37,398 bases of DNA from an uncultured Verrucomicrobiales bacterium. GTDB lineage: Bacteria; Verrucomicrobiota; Verrucomicrobiia; Verrucomicrobiales; DEV007. Made by a program: the position numbers and the translations under genes. This document shows positions 37,259 to 37,398 of this stretch, piece by piece. Under the pieces are notes generated by a model. That model ran no database searches. It was given only the letters and a program-made list of their open reading frames with translations, and was not told where the DNA came from. The DNA is taken from assembly GCA_938091905.1 (NCBI GenBank), contig CALKOM010000157.1:1-37398 (forward strand). Reading direction: 5' to 3'. Each line of letters opens with the position of its first letter. Position 1 is the first letter of the stretch.

Positions 37259-37398
37259 TGACCTGCTCCCCGAAAAGTAGACAGGCCTGAACTGGAGTCT
37301 GTGTGGTAATATCCACCCCACAGACCTCATGAAACGAAAGCGATTCAGCGAAGAACAAATCATCGGCGTCCTCCGAGAATCAGGCGCCGAGATGACAA
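37259..37398 (+). mobile_element. IS3-family (IS407 group) insertion sequence, left end
   Basis: Begins TGACCTGCTCCCCG, a typical IS407-group IRL, followed by orfA 70 bp in. Confidence 0.88.
37329..37398 (+). CDS. IS3-family transposase OrfA (3'-partial)
   Basis: MKRKRFSEEQIIGVLRESGAEMT, the classic IS407-group OrfA N-terminus. Confidence 0.9.
   Translation, partial: MKRKRFSEEQIIGVLRESGAEMT

Noticed and set aside
1..37398. Composite transposon bounded by the two IS ends
   Set aside because: The elements belong to different families, and the cargo includes housekeeping genes (fumC, lgt).

Overview
Bacterial chromosomal window, most likely Verrucomicrobiota (PVC superphylum). This is inferred from a DUF1501 plus PSD1/planctomycete cytochrome c pair, an ECF sigma factor with a long C-terminal extension, and a CehA/McbA hydrolase. 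Both ends run into insertion sequences that the ORF track misses. On the left, an IS66 (IR GTAAGCG..., tnpA) sits in a decayed ECF sigma pseudogene. On the right, an IS3/IS407-group element (IR TGACCTGCTCCCCG, orfA) cuts off the start of a CxxCH protein gene. Housekeeping and accessory genes lie between them: fumC, an M42 peptidase, a GT-C glycosyltransferase, lgt, an orphan opcA and a PLP dehydratase/racemase. Two loci stand out. The first (28.8-36.2 kb) is an unassigned biosynthesis-like cluster: beta-propeller lipoprotein, HemN-like radical SAM enzyme, chorismate-lyase-fold protein, flavin-dependent halogenase-like enzyme, GT4, hotdog thioesterase and small membrane protein. The second (12.8-17.6 kb) is a two-gene surface-adhesin operon with a 973-aa pilin that lacks Glu5 and carries six ~95-aa repeats and a choice-of-anchor K-like tip. 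Several further gene remnants suggest ongoing genome decay. All family calls come from motif recognition; no database search was run.
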